A stretch of 63,264 bases of DNA, filler included, from Porpidia crustulata (taxonomy: Eukaryota), in the NCBI GenBank assembly GCA_964255105.1. It is 5 parts of 5 records of this genome, joined end to end, with 100 filler letters (N's around TTAATTAATTAA, not from the genome) between each part and the next. Parts side by side here need not be neighbours in the genome. Positions count along the whole stretch, not along the records: positions 38,032 to 50,599 come from CAXUWE010000512.1; positions 50,700 to 63,264 come from CAXUWE010000513.1; 3 more parts are not named here. One strand, 5' to 3'. The translations under genes were made by a program, and so were the position numbers. Shown one piece after another: positions 38,032-51,460 of the stretch. Position 1 is the stretch's first letter; each line of letters starts with the position of its first letter. The notes below the pieces were generated by a model. It had not been told where the DNA came from and did not search any database. It was given only the letters and a program-made list of their open reading frames with translations.

Positions 38032-40121
38032 AGATGTAATTGTTTGACATCGAACATGACCCTCTCCTTCGCCACATGCGTCGCGTATGCCCTGACGTGG
38101 CTCACAAACGCCTTCCTCGTCATCTTGCCCGCCTTTCTGTCATCCAAGACCCACCTCTCGACCGCTAATTGCCAATCCGTTGCCCTTTCCTCCCAGTTAC
38201 CACCGCCGCCCCTGCTCTCAAAACCTCTTTTGAGCACTTCGGACGCTTCCATCCTCGCCACCCTCCCGATCCCATCTTTATAGCCGGCTTTCAAGATATC
38301 AACATACCCCTCCTCACCTCCTGGCATCAGGAAGATCATCGCCCTTCCCTCCTTTCCCGCTCTCGCCGTCCTGCCCACTCGGTGCAAATGATCGTCTGCG
38401 CTGAACGGTGGATCGTATTCGATAACGAGGTCGATGTTGGGCAGATCGAGACCGCGAGATGCGACGTCAGTGCAAAGGAGGATGCAAGGGTCCGTCGAGC
38501 GTGAGAAGGAAGCGAGGGTGGCGGTGCGGAGAGATTGGGGCAGAGAGCCGTGGAGTTTGTGAAGGTGCAGGGAGGGGTTCTGTGGGCTGGTGAGAAGGTG
38601 GGATGGGGATATGGTGGGGAGGTCGGGAAAGGGGGGTTTTGGCTTCATAGAAGCTGCTGCAGGCAGTTCGGAATCCGAATCGGTGGAATCGTTGTTGGGC
38701 GGCGCGACAGTCTTTGTGGGTCGCGTTTCCGGCGCTACGTCAGGGTCTTTGCGCGCGAAGACCTCGAAATGAAAATCCACGGAGTCGGCGCACGACAAGA
38801 AGACTATCGCTTTCATGACGGACCCGCGCCGCGCAAAAGTATGTTTCAGTAGTGCCGCGAGCGTGACGAGTCGTTGCTTTGCCGGTACTACGACGTATGA
38901 CTGTTTCAGCTGCGCAGGTGCCAGGAACGCCGTGTCTTTGCTTTCTTCTGCCTTTCCATTCTCGGCGTTTGATGGTTTTTGCGGCTCGGCTTTGATATGC
39001 ACGGCGTCCTTGAGACTGATTTCCCCGAGTCTTTGCACTGTCATCTTCATCGTAGCTGAACACATAACTGTTGTTCTTCGTTCCGGTAGTCCTGGTACTG
39101 CTATCTGGCCACTTCCGCTCCTCTCCTCAAGCTTGCTGATGATGCCCTTGATTTCCTCCTCGAAGCCCAATTCCATCAGTCTATCCCCCTCGTCCAGCAC
39201 CAGCCACCGCACATTGCCCACGTCTAGCACTTCGGTGTTATCTAGATGATCCGCCAACCTTCCCGGCGTGGCCACGAGGATGTTGATGCCTTTTCGTAAG
39301 CGCGCCTTTTCCGACTTTTTCTTCTCGCCTCCGATGACGGTACCCGCGACGATCCAGTGTGCTGCGCCAAGGAGGGCTATGAGAACGACAGAGATTTGCT
39401 TGCAGAGTTCGCGCGTTGGCGCTAAGATGATTGCGAAAAGCCCAGAGTCCCGGTGAACCTTGTGAGGGGTTTCCACAGTCGTAGAAGCTTCTGTGGAAGT
39501 CGACGGTTTCTGGGAGAGAAGCATAATACGTTGTACGATGGGCAGGAGGTAAGCGAGGGTCTTTCCCGACCCTGTTTCGGCCTGTATGAAGGCGTCGGAG
39601 TCTTCCAACAAGAGCTGGATCACGGTGGCTTTCTGGATAGCCGTCGGGGCTTTGAGGGCGAGCTTGGTGAGGAGATGGGTTGCGAGGGCGGGGGAAAGGC
39701 CGAGGGAGGTAAATGTATCGAGGTCGGATGAGAGTGGGGCATTCGAGGGAACGGGCGCCAGAATGCCTTCTGTTGGTTTCTCGCTCTTGGAGGGGCCGGT
39801 TGTGGAGGGGTTCGAAGAAAAGAGGGATGAAATGACTTCTTGGGTGGGTTTATTGGAGCCTTGTTTTGGATGCGATGTGGTAGACCCGTTGAGCTTTTGC
39901 CTTTTGATGGGGCGGGTGCTATCACGCTCTGTGTCTCCAGCAACCGTAGAGTTTGCATTGCTTGTAGTGGATGGTCCCAGTGTATGGATTCTCTTGCCAT
40001 GGTGCTGAGCTCTTTTCTTCAAGGTCAATCGGTCTTTCCAGCGGCCTCCCTTGAAGACAGGTTTGGAACCTAGTAAACTGTCTCCAATGGAGAAATTCAC
40101 CAGCAAGCCATCGTCGGCCAT
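38032..40121 (-). CDS. DBP7: DEAD-box RNA helicase Dbp7 (3' truncated)
   Basis: MADDGLLVNF start, AETGSGKT, PTREL, GGEKKKSEKARLRKG, DEGD, SAT, HRVGRTARAG and SHVRAYATH. Confidence 0.93.
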
Positions 40122-40448
40122 GGTGGCTTAATATATGACTGGATCTGTCTGTTTCGACATTTGTGACATTTTTTTGGTCCATGTTGGTAAGACCTCAACC
40201 GCCGACTTACCGGTGCTATAACGAAATTTACGGCTAGCTGTACGGAACTACTGGGACACGCGATACGTCTGACAGCAGCCAGCCCTTGATCAACGCAGCA
40301 GGATCTATCACGTCAAAGGCTTTCATCTTCGGCGGTGAGCCCATCCATGACTCGCGATGTGCGGTGTCAATGATCTTAGGGCCAGCCTGGATCCGTGTGC
40401 TCTTCGAACTCCGAATATTGCAGCAAGAACCGCGGATTCTTCTAGACA

Positions 40449-41650
40449 ATGTCGATGCGACGCCCTCCGTCACCGCAAAAGGCCAAGGAAGCAGTATTTC
40501 AAAGCGTTCGAATGGTCCAGGGTAGGCTTCAGCATCAATCTTGATCGTGACAACAGTACCTAAGTTGATCACAGGTGGCAGTGGGAAGAGAATGACACCT
40601 GAAGGTCAATTCCCAAAGCCCAAGAGCTACCAAGTAATCACCAATATACCCAGTCTTCGCAAGATTCGTCGAAAAATTCTCTTTGGTAAACACACTGTGG
40701 GCTTAGTGCCGACGATGGGCGCATTGCACAAGGGTCATTTAGACTTGGTCCGCCTGGCGGCACGAGAGAATGACTTTGTCTTCGTATCCATCTATGTAAA
40801 TCCTACTCAATTTGGGGTGAACGAAGATCTTTCAACGTATCCGAGAACCTGGAGTAGCGACCTTTCAAAGCTCAAAGCTTTGTGTACGGAGCTGGTCCTT
40901 AATGATAAGATGGGCCAACTAACCACAGTCTTCAGCCCTTCAACAAGTGAGATGTATCCGGGTCTCCCACCCACATCTGAGATTGACGGTGAAGGTTCCT
41001 TCGTCACAATTACCCCCTTGTCGAATATGCTTGAAGGCATTTCGAGACCTGTTTTCTTTAGAGGCGTTGCGACTGTTTGTATGAAGCTTTTGAACATCGT
41101 CGAGCCAGAAAGGGTCTACTTTGGACAAAAAGATATTCAACAGACAGTGCTTGTAAAGCGGATGGTGAAAGACTTTCACATTAACACGGAGGTACGTGTA
41201 GGAGCTACAGTCAGAGAACCTGGGGACTTAGCCTTGAGCTCGCGAAATGTTTATCTGGGCGAAAGGCGACGACAAGTAGCAACTATACTTATCAGATCTC
41301 TGAAAGAAGCTCAAAGCGCATATGCAAAGGGTTGCAGGACAAGATCAGACGTGCTTGCTGCAGCACACCATTTGCTGTCCTTGGAACAAGAGAAACAAAA
41401 AAGTTTGCTTCCTAGTCAGCGAGCAATGTTCGAGGTCGATTATATCTCTCTTGCGAATCCGCACACCTTGATGGAATTCGGAGAGGAGCTGGTGGACGGT
41501 GCTATACTTAGTGGAGCAATCAGGATGTTACCTATCGAAGAGCCTCAAGAGGGCGAGGATACTGGAGTCGGTGGAGGGACGGCGCCGGTGAGATTGATTG
41601 ACAACATCTATCTCGATGCCTATTCGTCCGTTTTTGCGAAACTCTTCTAG
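40449..41650 (+). CDS. PAN6: pantoate--beta-alanine ligase
   Basis: VPTMGALHKGH, SIYVNPTQF, YFGQKDIQQ, LALSSRN and RLIDN. Probable first exon 40449-40521 and intron 40522-40574 (start tentative; alternative ATG 40592). Confidence 0.92.
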
Positions 41651-41672
41651 GCCTGAATTCCCTACCTAAGCA

Positions 41673-42460
41673 TCAAAGATCAACCATGTTCCTCTGCTTG
41701 AATTTTTTGGTCGCGCGATCGGTAGCTCTGTTCTCAAATTGCGACCCATGTAATTCGAAGACAAGAGGATGTAACTGTGAGGAGTCCTCCAGTGGCTGTG
41801 CCACTTCTGCCGTCCATACAGCATCGCTAGGCTCCATCGGAGCCTGTGGTATTTCGAACCGAAAAATTGTGTGCTTCTTCGGGACAGCTGGGCTCGACGT
41901 CAGTGGCGGCCTTCTCTATGTGAGGGAAAGAGCTAACTCTTGAGCTCATTTCTCGTGGTAATGACTTGAAATGTAAATCTGGTATCTTTGACCACAATTC
42001 CTTTCAATCCTAACATGCCAATTGCTCTACTTCTGACCACAGTCACCTCGGCTCCATGGAAATCCGCACTAGCTAGCTTACTCCCAGCGCTTTGCGCAGT
42101 CATATAAAATCTCTCGCCTTCTTTTATGCCTAAGATCTCCCTCATGTATCCTAACCACATTCTGTGCAGCGGCACGTATGTTGCATAGCTCTGCGCACTT
42201 TTAGGTATCTCATGGACGCCTAGGATACGCTTCTCTGTCGCTGACAATGTTTGAGGCTTCTGTCGTCGCTGAGACCTTTCTTTTGCACGAAGACGCTTCA
42301 AACGACGCTGTGCACGAGCATCTTGCGAAGAGGGGTCTGGGGACGTGGGGCGCAGATGCAAAGGTTTGTGGAGAATTCTCTCCGCAAAGATCGTTGACGC
42401 TACTTCTGGAGGATGTGCTTTGGAGAGGAGGATGTGAGCAATGTGCTTTGGGGAGCCCAT
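41673..42460 (-). CDS. POP4: RNase P/MRP subunit Pop4 (p29)
   Basis: PLHRMWLGYM, KLASADFHGAEVTVVRS and GIVVKDT. Second exon VPKKHTIFRF...FELHGSQFENRATDRATKKFK ends in TGA at 41673-41675. Confidence 0.92.
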
Positions 42461-42578
42461 AGTTCCATTCGTTCTGGCGGCCCGAACACTGTGCTCTGTG
42501 AAACTATCTACTTCAAATACTTAGTGATTGGAGTGAAAGTAGCGTACAGACAGGGATTACGATAACGGCTAGATCCGG

Positions 42579-42604
42579 ACGCGTAAAGTAAATTGTTCAC
42601 GCGT
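42579..42604. promoter_or_regulatory. two MCB-like ACGCGT elements in the divergent POP4 / SNF2 promoter
   Basis: ACGCGT at 42579-42584 and 42599-42604; function inferred only. Confidence 0.4.
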
Positions 42605-42903
42605 GCAGCGTGTTGCAGCCTTGAAGGTCATCCCTTCAACACTCAGATGATCCCGTCGCAAAGGATTCAGCCGGCACATTATTAAATTCATAGAGAGCGG
42701 ATCTCAGCCACATAGAAAATCATAATCGCCTACTCTAAACTCATCTACAAGCAATTGTACTACTAGTATCGAGAGTGCATGAGTACGCTATATAGATAGA
42801 CGAATCTGGTTCAGCCAGGATCGTAAGCTTGCCCTCAATATTTATCTGCTCCGGCTCACACGATTTGCTAATTTCAGATAAAGTACTAGCTCAAGACTTT
42901 CCT

Positions 42904-45900
42904 ATGCCATTCCCACAGTCACCGCTTTCTACGTTACTGGTCCCTCAACCAACCGCTGATCAAACCTTAGTCAATAGTCCAGCATGCAGTCCCAAGATCC
43001 AATTCAAGAGGAATTCCACCGCTTCTGAGATATTGGCTGCGTTTTCTCCAAAATCTCAAGCGAAGAAAGATCATCAAACCTGGGTCACTCCACCGGAATT
43101 CGCAGTCACCATGACCGACAAACGAGGTTTGCGCTACAAGCCGCGAGTGTCCTATGAGATCTCCGATGACTCTGACGACGTTGAGACTTCCTCAACTGTC
43201 GATTCAACATTTTCATCGCCAGAAAAGCCTCGTCGAGCTCGGAATGTTGAATATGTGGATCTCGAAGACGAGATAGAGGAGATTGAGCCAGCAAAAACTC
43301 CACCGCCACGAATTTCGACCGCAGGTCATTCATTACGACAGCATTCCGATATGCATTTGTCTATGAGGGCTCAAGAGAACGGCGACAAACCAAGAATTGT
43401 CAAGAGACGAAGAGTTTCTCATTCAAATAAGAAGAGGTCTAGAAATGTACTTGAAACTCAGTTTCCCGCTCCTATGAAGACTGTGCGCAATGAGATAAGG
43501 GATCAAATTGCTACAAAGACCGCTATAAAAAGAGCCAATTTCTTCGTCGCTAAGAAAGAATTCTTCCTGCCACTTCTGCCAGAAGGGAATCACATCCAAC
43601 GACTCGCGGATCAGCAGGTCCAGCAGGAAGACTTGAGTGTTCCATATGAAGCTCTTAACCATCAGCCAAAGGGGGTCACGGCGACCATGAAACCTTACCA
43701 ACTCTCAGGTCTATCTTTTCTCGTATATCTGTACAACAACGGCTTATCAGGCATATTGGGCGATGAGATGGGTCTAGGCAAAACTCTCCAGACGTTGTCA
43801 CTCCTTCAATATCTGAAAGAAAACAAGAAGCTGTCAGGTTCGAAAAGCGAGAACCGTCCTTCACTTGTCGTTTGTCCTCTCAGCGTGCTTAGCTCGTGGA
43901 TCTCTGAGGCTCGAAGGTGGACGCCAGGTTTGAAGGTCCTAAGATTTCATGGCCCAGTCCATGAGCGGAATCGATTGAAGAAAGTAGCAACTGGTGAAGA
44001 AGACGTGTATGGCAACACGACCAAGCAAGCACGTAAAAAAAAGAATGATCGGCGAACTGCTACAGGTAAAACGATCATTGATCTGGATACTGATTTGGAT
44101 GACGCACCTGATGAAATAGGCGTTGATCTCGTAGTGACCACTTATGAAGGCTATCAGGCCGAACAAAGCTGGTTCAAGCGAGCTTTTGTCTGGAGCTACG
44201 TCGTTTTGGACGAAGGGCACAAAATCAAGAACGATCTCAGCAATATTTCTAGATCACTTCATGGGCTCGGAGCTGAGTATCGTTTGATTCTCACTGGTAC
44301 TCCGTTGCAGAATAATCTAGTAGAGTTGTGGGCACTACTGCGCTGGCTCTACCCTGAGATCTTTACGGAGAAATCAGCAGAGCTTTTCAGGACTGCCTTC
44401 GATTTGACTCGTGGCAAAGTCAGCACTAACGTTATGGACGACTCCCGTCACTTACTTGAACTTATCATGCTGCGAAGGATGAAAAACAGCCCTGGCGTCG
44501 ATCTCAACCTGCCACCAAAAACCGAAGTATTACTTTTTGTGCCCCTTACGCCTATGCAGCGCTTTTGGTACACTCGACTGCTTACTAGAGCTGATCAAGG
44601 TCTCCTAGAAGAGCTATTTCAGGGTGCACAGCAGAAAGAGTCGGTCGTACTGCAGCAAGAGAGCCAGATCAAGAAAGACTGGGAGGACAAGGATATCGAC
44701 GAACTGGAGAACTTGGAGACAGAGGGCACAGGTGGTGACTGGGAAGAAAGTAAAGAGATTATGCGACAAGCTCTCGCACACGAACAACAGGACGAGAGCA
44801 AGAAGTCCGCATGGAGAAAGCTAATGAATCTTCTGATGCAACTTAGAAAATGCTGTAACCATCCTTATCTGCTGCCACATGCCGAACCTGATCCATATTA
44901 CATCGGCGATCACATCATCCGTGCATCGGCCAAATTCATCGTACTCGACAAGATCATCGACGAGCTTGTGCTCAAACAAAAAAAGAAGGTCCTGATCTTT
45001 TCTGGTTTCACTCGCATGCTTGATTGTTGTGAAGACTTTTTGTTTCTCCGAGGTGGAAATGGAGATCAGTTCAAATATGCTAGACTAGATGGAGGTACCA
45101 GTCGCGCGAGGCGGAACCTAGGAATAAGAATGTTTAATCAAGAAAATTCGGAATGTCGGGTGATGCTGATCTCGACAAGGGCTGGTGGATTAGGAATCAA
45201 CCTTGCAACTGCATCTGATGTGATCATGCTTGATCAGGATTGGAATCCCCAGATCATGCTGCAGGCAGAAGCGCGGGCCCACCGTATTGGGCAGACCAAG
45301 CCAGTAACTGTTTACAAACTTTGCACTCAAGGCACAGTAGAGGAGCAAATGATGGGCCGAATTCAGAAGAAGCTCTATTTGTCTGTCAAGGTCACAGAGT
45401 CAATGCGAAACGTGAACACAGCGTCCACACCAATGGGAACGAACAAAGGCCCTGGAGGTCGAATCATCGAGGCCACTGATGATGACATGCCTCAAATGGA
45501 TACAAATCAGCTGATGTCTTTAGTCCGTCGAGGCGCGCAAGCACTCGCTCATCCTGAGCTTGACGTAAACGAAATGCTTGGCTGGGATTGGCCCACTATG
45601 TTGGAGAAATGCAAAGACAAACCAGCTGACATCCACGTATCAGAGCAGACTAAGACTGATGCCAAGGTGAAAGAAGAAGACGAAAAAGCATGGTTATCGC
45701 AAATGGAGCAGGTGGAATCGAGAGTTTTCCAGGGCAGACGATACACGAAAGAGAAAGAGCTTGGGAACTACGGCAACATCTCTCAGGAGTGGGCTAGAGA
45801 AGAAAGGAGGAAAGGTAAAAATACCACCGTAATGGTGGATGGCTATGCGGTGAGCAAAGAGAGTATGTCTTGCGCAGATTGGGAGGCCGTTCCTACGATG

Positions 45901-46669
45901 GCCGGTAAAGATCCACGTCTTGCAGAGCCGAAGCGGGAGAAAAAGGCGGCTGTCTTGAACCAGGAGGTATTTGGCTTGTACAATCTTTCACCATTGCGCG
46001 CCATTAGCTGACGATCTGTAGCACTGCCAGGTATGTTGGGATGGTGGAGACCTTGTCCTCTGTTCTGGCTGCCCTCGTTCCTACCACTACAAGTGTCTTG
46101 ACAAAGATGCTAGAACTCGTTCCCGCGGTACAATGAACTTCAATTGCACTCAGCACCATTGCTTCGACTGTCTTCAGAAGACGTCGGATGCTGGAGGCAT
46201 GATCTATCGGTGTCGTTGGTGTGAGCGAGGCTACTGCGAAGATTGCCTTGATTGGGAGAAGACTGACCTACTGGGCGAGAACTTGAAAGAGTTCGAGCTC
46301 CTTGGGTTTCCGTCGGTTTCGCAAGCTTTCTACATACGATGCCCAATCTGCACGGATCATCACGTTGAGGACGAGGGAGCATTGGAATTCTGTGAAAACC
46401 GAGCCACTGAAATCGACTTGCAATACAAGGATTTGTTAGACGAGCAGGCTCTAGTTGCAGCCGCAGCAGAAGAAGCCAAAAAGCCTGCTGGGCCATTGAG
46501 CCGAGCTGAATCGCTTACTGATGCGACAACTCTGGACGACTCCGGCGTCTGCACTCCCCAATTCGCAAGCAACGCGGCTATCACCACCTCCACTTCACGA
46601 AAGCGCAAGGCGGCGCCAGATTCCTTTAAGCCTACACCTTCAAAGCGCTCAAACAGAGTCACGATTTAG
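42904..46669 (+). CDS. SNF2-family chromatin-remodelling ATPase with C-terminal PHD and Cys/His-rich zinc fingers
   Basis: ILGDEMGLGKT, DEGH, TGTPLQNN, QLRKCCNHPYL, STRAGGLGINL and QAEARAHRIGQ. Intron 45967-46021, then CQVCWDGGDLVLCSGCPRSYHYKC and CTQHHCFDC...CRWC...CEDC. Confidence 0.9.
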
Positions 46670-47373
46670 ATTGAGGCCATTTCATCCTCAATGCCGTACA
46701 AAGGCGATGTCTCAAACTTGCCTGAGATACATAGGGAGGACACGGTGTTCTCAGTGGATGTGAAGTCCTGGTCTAGGACTCACATAAGGAGATCTTCGTT
46801 TCAGCCTTTATGCTGCGCAATGTACATTACTAGATGATGAGGACAGTGAGAGCTATCTAACGCAGCACTTGCAAGAATATCCCTTCATGACACCATGACT
46901 AGGTAGAGAGAAATCTACAATTACTTCCAGTGGAGTATGTTGTCCACTCTAGAGCTTCGAACATAGAACACTTTGAAGGGAAGGACTACTCTTGAACTAG
47001 TATCAAGTTATGCGGGTGGTAGATAGTAGTAAGGCGTTCAAATGCTCTCATAGACTCTGAACTTTGCTGGCAGACGGTCCCATTTGTTGCTGGATGATAC
47101 GATACCTTAATTACTCTAGATTTCACTAGCTTGGTATTGAATACCTCATACCCGTTCTGTCACTGTGAAGTAACTTGTAAGAGATGTCACTCAATGCCTC
47201 GCTCGAAGTACGGAAGTACCATAGCATGTTGCGTCGTCGAGAAGGGTGAAGAACGTGTAAGATAATGCTGGTGGTTCGGGTACTATGGGTACATGGCTAG
47301 ATGAGTGAGGTGCCGGATTACTGGTTCAGCAGGCCATAACTAGGAATTCCAGAACACTGAAAATCTTATCAAG

Positions 47374-49441
47374 ATGGCACCTTTTGTTGCGCTATACATT
47401 TCTCGGTCAGACGGCAAATTAGAGGGCACATCAGCAAAGACGAACAAAAAAGAGAGGAATGAGCCTACTGCGGAACAATTAGATGACACACCAGACAGCA
47501 GAGGAATTTCCGATTTCTATAAAAAGCTCGAGATTGGTGATGCCAAAGAGGTCGATTGGAGGCGGAAATTGGGAGGCATGCTCATGAAGGAGATAGGAGG
47601 AAAGGAGCATTCAGGTGAGTCTCACGTGAATCTGTCTTTGAGATCCGTAGCTCATTACCCTAGGCCAGAACTACATTCTTGCAGCTTTGCCAGAAAATTA
47701 TCGGCTGTACGAACACGTGAAGTTCACCACTTCAGAGATTACTGGCGAGTTACTTAAACCATTGAAAAATCATGCGAAGGGTCCTAACGATCGTCAAGAT
47801 GCCTATCTGTACGGTCATCCCCAAGGCCGCAAAAAGCGGTACAGGAGCCCAGGGGACTTTTTCCCTCATCTATTATGGCTTGCCACAGACGAAAGTGGCG
47901 ACCCAGACAACTGCTCCTGTAAGATCTGTGCGCCAGATGATCTTCAAATCTTCGATGCGCCAGGGAAAGTCAAGATCGAGCCCGTGAAGGAAGAAGACCC
48001 TACACCAAAGAGGGAGAGCTCCCCAGCCAGGACTTCGACGTTTAACTCAAATCCTGTAGTCATAGTTCCGAAGCGCCAGATGCCAGTTGAAAATATTCAG
48101 AAATCAGTAAACAAGCCCGTTCCCTCTCCGTCTCCCGCTCTCACCCCAGCGCCTCGTATGGCGACCTCGTCCGTAGCCACACCAAGTCCGCTAGCAGCGG
48201 CCCGATCTTATGAGCAGGACCAAGATGCCCATTACAGCAAGTACTTGTTCCGGCCAGGGGAACTTGTTTGGTTCAATAGAGGCAACGCCTGGGGTTTGTC
48301 GATCATTGTCAAGAGAACACTGTTCAAAGATCAGCGTCAAATGGACCGCCCGAAATATCTTGTGCAGCCACTTTCTCACCCTTTTGACCATCCACCATCG
48401 AAAGTCATCCTTCAGGAAGATCTTTTGCGACCATGGCTGGCTTGGAGTGCCCCCTCCCCAACACACCAGTCTCTCGGTGCCGCAGGCCTGACTTATAACA
48501 CCATTGACTGGAAGGCTGTCATAGGCGGTCGTTATGGTAATGGAGACGCGGAAGTAGACGGCAGTATATTTGCAGCCAAAGCGATCGATGACAGCTTCAC
48601 ACTCATCGAGCCCTTGAGCAACAATACCGCTACGACTGTCACAACTGGTGAAAGATTTTACAATGGCATCTATCTGGGCGGTGAGAAGGTATGGGTTTCA
48701 GAGCCGATAAGGCTCCGGCTTGGTAATGGACAAGATATCATGATAGTGCATCACATTGTCGAGAGACTGAAACCTGGATCTACGAACGCAGCATCCGCAA
48801 TGATACAATTCGTCGGCGACGTCTACAGATTCACCACCGTAAATTACACCCCTGGCTTCGAAGCCCCTGATTCTCGCCATCTTCCCAGCCGCTTCAAGCA
48901 AGATCTCGATTGCCGCAACAGAGCCACCATCTCAATAAAGCGCACGGTATCGTACTGGAAACTTGTACAGGCCGCAGCTCGCCTCGGCATTGCCGAAGTC
49001 AAGGGGCGCTGGTACGAATCAAGCGTCTTACTTCCCATCCTCCGCGGCGCCCAAGATTTCACCAACGACTTACGCTGCGGCGAGATCAACGACGTCGGCC
49101 AATGGATGAACGGACGCGGCGACTCGTCCGGAGTCAGTGTTCCCAAGCCAGGAACGAGGCATTTCGATCGACTCGAGGCTTTTGGAAAAGCAGTACCGCA
49201 AGGCACACGCATCAGCAAAGGCTTGGATGGACCTAAAGAGGAAAACATCTTCCCGGTGGAGCCGGCACCACCGGCTCCCCCGCAGGTTGCACTGACTGAA
49301 GAGCAGAGGCAGCCGATACACCAGGGGATACAGCAAGGCGTTAGCGATGGGGATATTGCGGAGTTTATGGATCTGGATAGGTTGGAAGATAGGTATGTGC
49401 AACAGTATGTGGAGAATGGGGGTCTATTCTTCGAGCGATGA
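47374..49441 (+). CDS. clr2: Clr2-like transcriptional silencing protein (cryptic loci regulator 2)
   Basis: Intron 47615-47663. LPENYRLYEH, DAYLYGHP..KRYRSPGDFFPHLLWL..CSCKIC, FRPGELVWF, YNGIYLGGEKVW and KGRWYE motifs. Confidence 0.82.
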
Positions 49442-50599
49442 AAGCATGTGGGGGTGAATTTCCCCCCCCGGCTCCACTATGCGTCGTCGAGGAGCCGGAA
49501 TAGTCCCCTCGACCTCCTGGCTGTCTTTCCCCGGTAATACTGCTTGATACCCATGTACTTGTACCATAAACCTCCTCACCAGTTCGATTACTGGCGCGAT
49601 ATTGAACTTCCTTCAAAGACACCGTTTGTGCGTCTGGGATTCCTCAAGAATGCTCCCTTGACATCAAAGACGACAATCTTTGCTTTAGCTTTTAACAGCT
49701 TCAATCTTTTAATCAGAACCAAGACCACGAACCCGGCACAGCAGCAGAGAGATCTTGGATCTTGTACGCATAAGAGATAAAAGACAGCAACATGTTAAGT
49801 TGTGGTCCTGACATTTAGCACCTAGCTCCACTCCAAATCAGCCTCCTACGTATGTACTCTCCTGACCTCGCAGACCAAAGAAGGTGGAATCGGAAAGCTC
49901 CATGGATCATAAGGGATAGATGATGGATATATGTACGGAAGTCCGAAGACTTGGCAGATGTATTGAAGGACGAGGATATATCCATGCTATCTCTTCAGAC
50001 CGCTTCTACTTTAAAGAGGCATAAAAGTTCTTGGTGATATGGTCTACATAAGTCCACATATCGACAAAGTTTTCGTTTCTCCGCGAGAGATGGATCTTCG
50101 TCAGGTATTTGTTTAGTGCTGTTAGGTAGCATCCAACACCGAGCATCCAGTATATGAAGATACTCATGTATAACACAACCCCTTTTCTTCCCACACCGTC
50201 TGCCAAAAAAAAATACTTCGAACGGCTCTCGACCCACCCACTATCAGATGAGTGCAACATAGCCAACTCAGAACCCCAATACTTGACCCACCGACCCAAG
50301 GAAATACTTCCGCTCGCAATTGAACCAAAAAAGCCGAGGAATAATTATCTTACTAACTCAGAACGAGGAACTACACGAGAAAACCCGGCGAATACATCCT
50401 CTGTCGAATAATCTAGCTACATATATACATCTTCAGCTTAATAGATTAGATAGACGATATCTTGAAAGTATTCAAAACGGACACAGACCAGACCCATCGT
50501 ACCCAAGCTCTGTGATATTCATTCACTCACTCACTGACTGCATAAATGTCTCGGGTCTGCAGTAGCGGAACTCCGTCGGACGCTACAGCTTCCCCACCC

Positions 50600-50699
50600 N
50601 NNNNNNNNNNNNNNNNNNNNNNNNNNNNNNNNNNNNNNNNNNNTTAATTAATTAANNNNNNNNNNNNNNNNNNNNNNNNNNNNNNNNNNNNNNNNNNNN
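50600..50699. other. artificial contig spacer
   Basis: N44-TTAATTAATTAA-N44. Confidence 0.99.
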
Positions 50700-50754
50700 G
50701 GGTAGGGCGCTGGCCAACTAGAGGGTTTGGCCAACTAGGGGGTAGATTACGTTA
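50700..50754 (-). mobile_element. probable terminal inverted repeat of a Fot1/pogo-type (Tc1/mariner superfamily) DNA transposon with TA target site
   Basis: Minus strand reads TA|ACGTAATCTACCCCCTAGTTGGCCAAACCCTCTAGTTGGCCAGCGCCC: an ACGTAATC start, two internal direct repeats and a flanking TA, located at a contig break. Confidence 0.55.
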
Positions 50755-51460
50755 CTAAATAGCTATTTATGACTAAGCAAAGCACTCAGCTCCACATCGC
50801 TAGTTAACAATTCTGCAATTGATTAATCAGCGAGACTAAGTCGAAAGTCAGTGGACTCAGCCCTACCACCAACCAGGACATCTTCAGCCCCACCAAAACG
50901 TCGAATTTTGCTAATTTCATGAAGTCATCATCATGAATCCGATTTAATAGGTTTACCAACAAATTCAATTAGCTGATCACACCGCCATGGCATTTCCTGA
51001 ATGCGCGCCCGTATTTCGTTCATAGATAGGTTGTGGGGTGAGAACTGAAAGAATTAAATAAACTAAATGGTTTGGTGAGGCCTCGGTAAGGCTGACTTCA
51101 CTGACATTTGCCACCCCCCGATGTTTGACGCAAGACAGATGACGAAGTTATTACATAAGAAGTCATCATGTGATCTTTGAATATCTTTCATATCATCAGC
51201 CTATCAAGGCCCCTGACGTTCATGCGTATCTCATCAAATTCATTGGCTGCGAGTATGCACCTCTAAAGGCCACTGAGATTGAACAAAGACGCTAGTTCGC
51301 CAGTGAACTTCACCACATTTAAACCCCCACGGCGCCGAATCGCGCATGACTTCGCGATCGTGGTGATCGGATAAGAAAAATCAAAATTCATAAGCTTCAT
51401 CACTCGCTTCTCTCGACGAAACGAAAATGCATTGCTTCCTTGGCTTGCTCTGATTTTCCA

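Noticed and set aside
49800..50411. Intron-like signals and an 85-aa ORF downstream of clr2
   Set aside because: The putative middle exon has stops in all three frames; no family similarity recognised.
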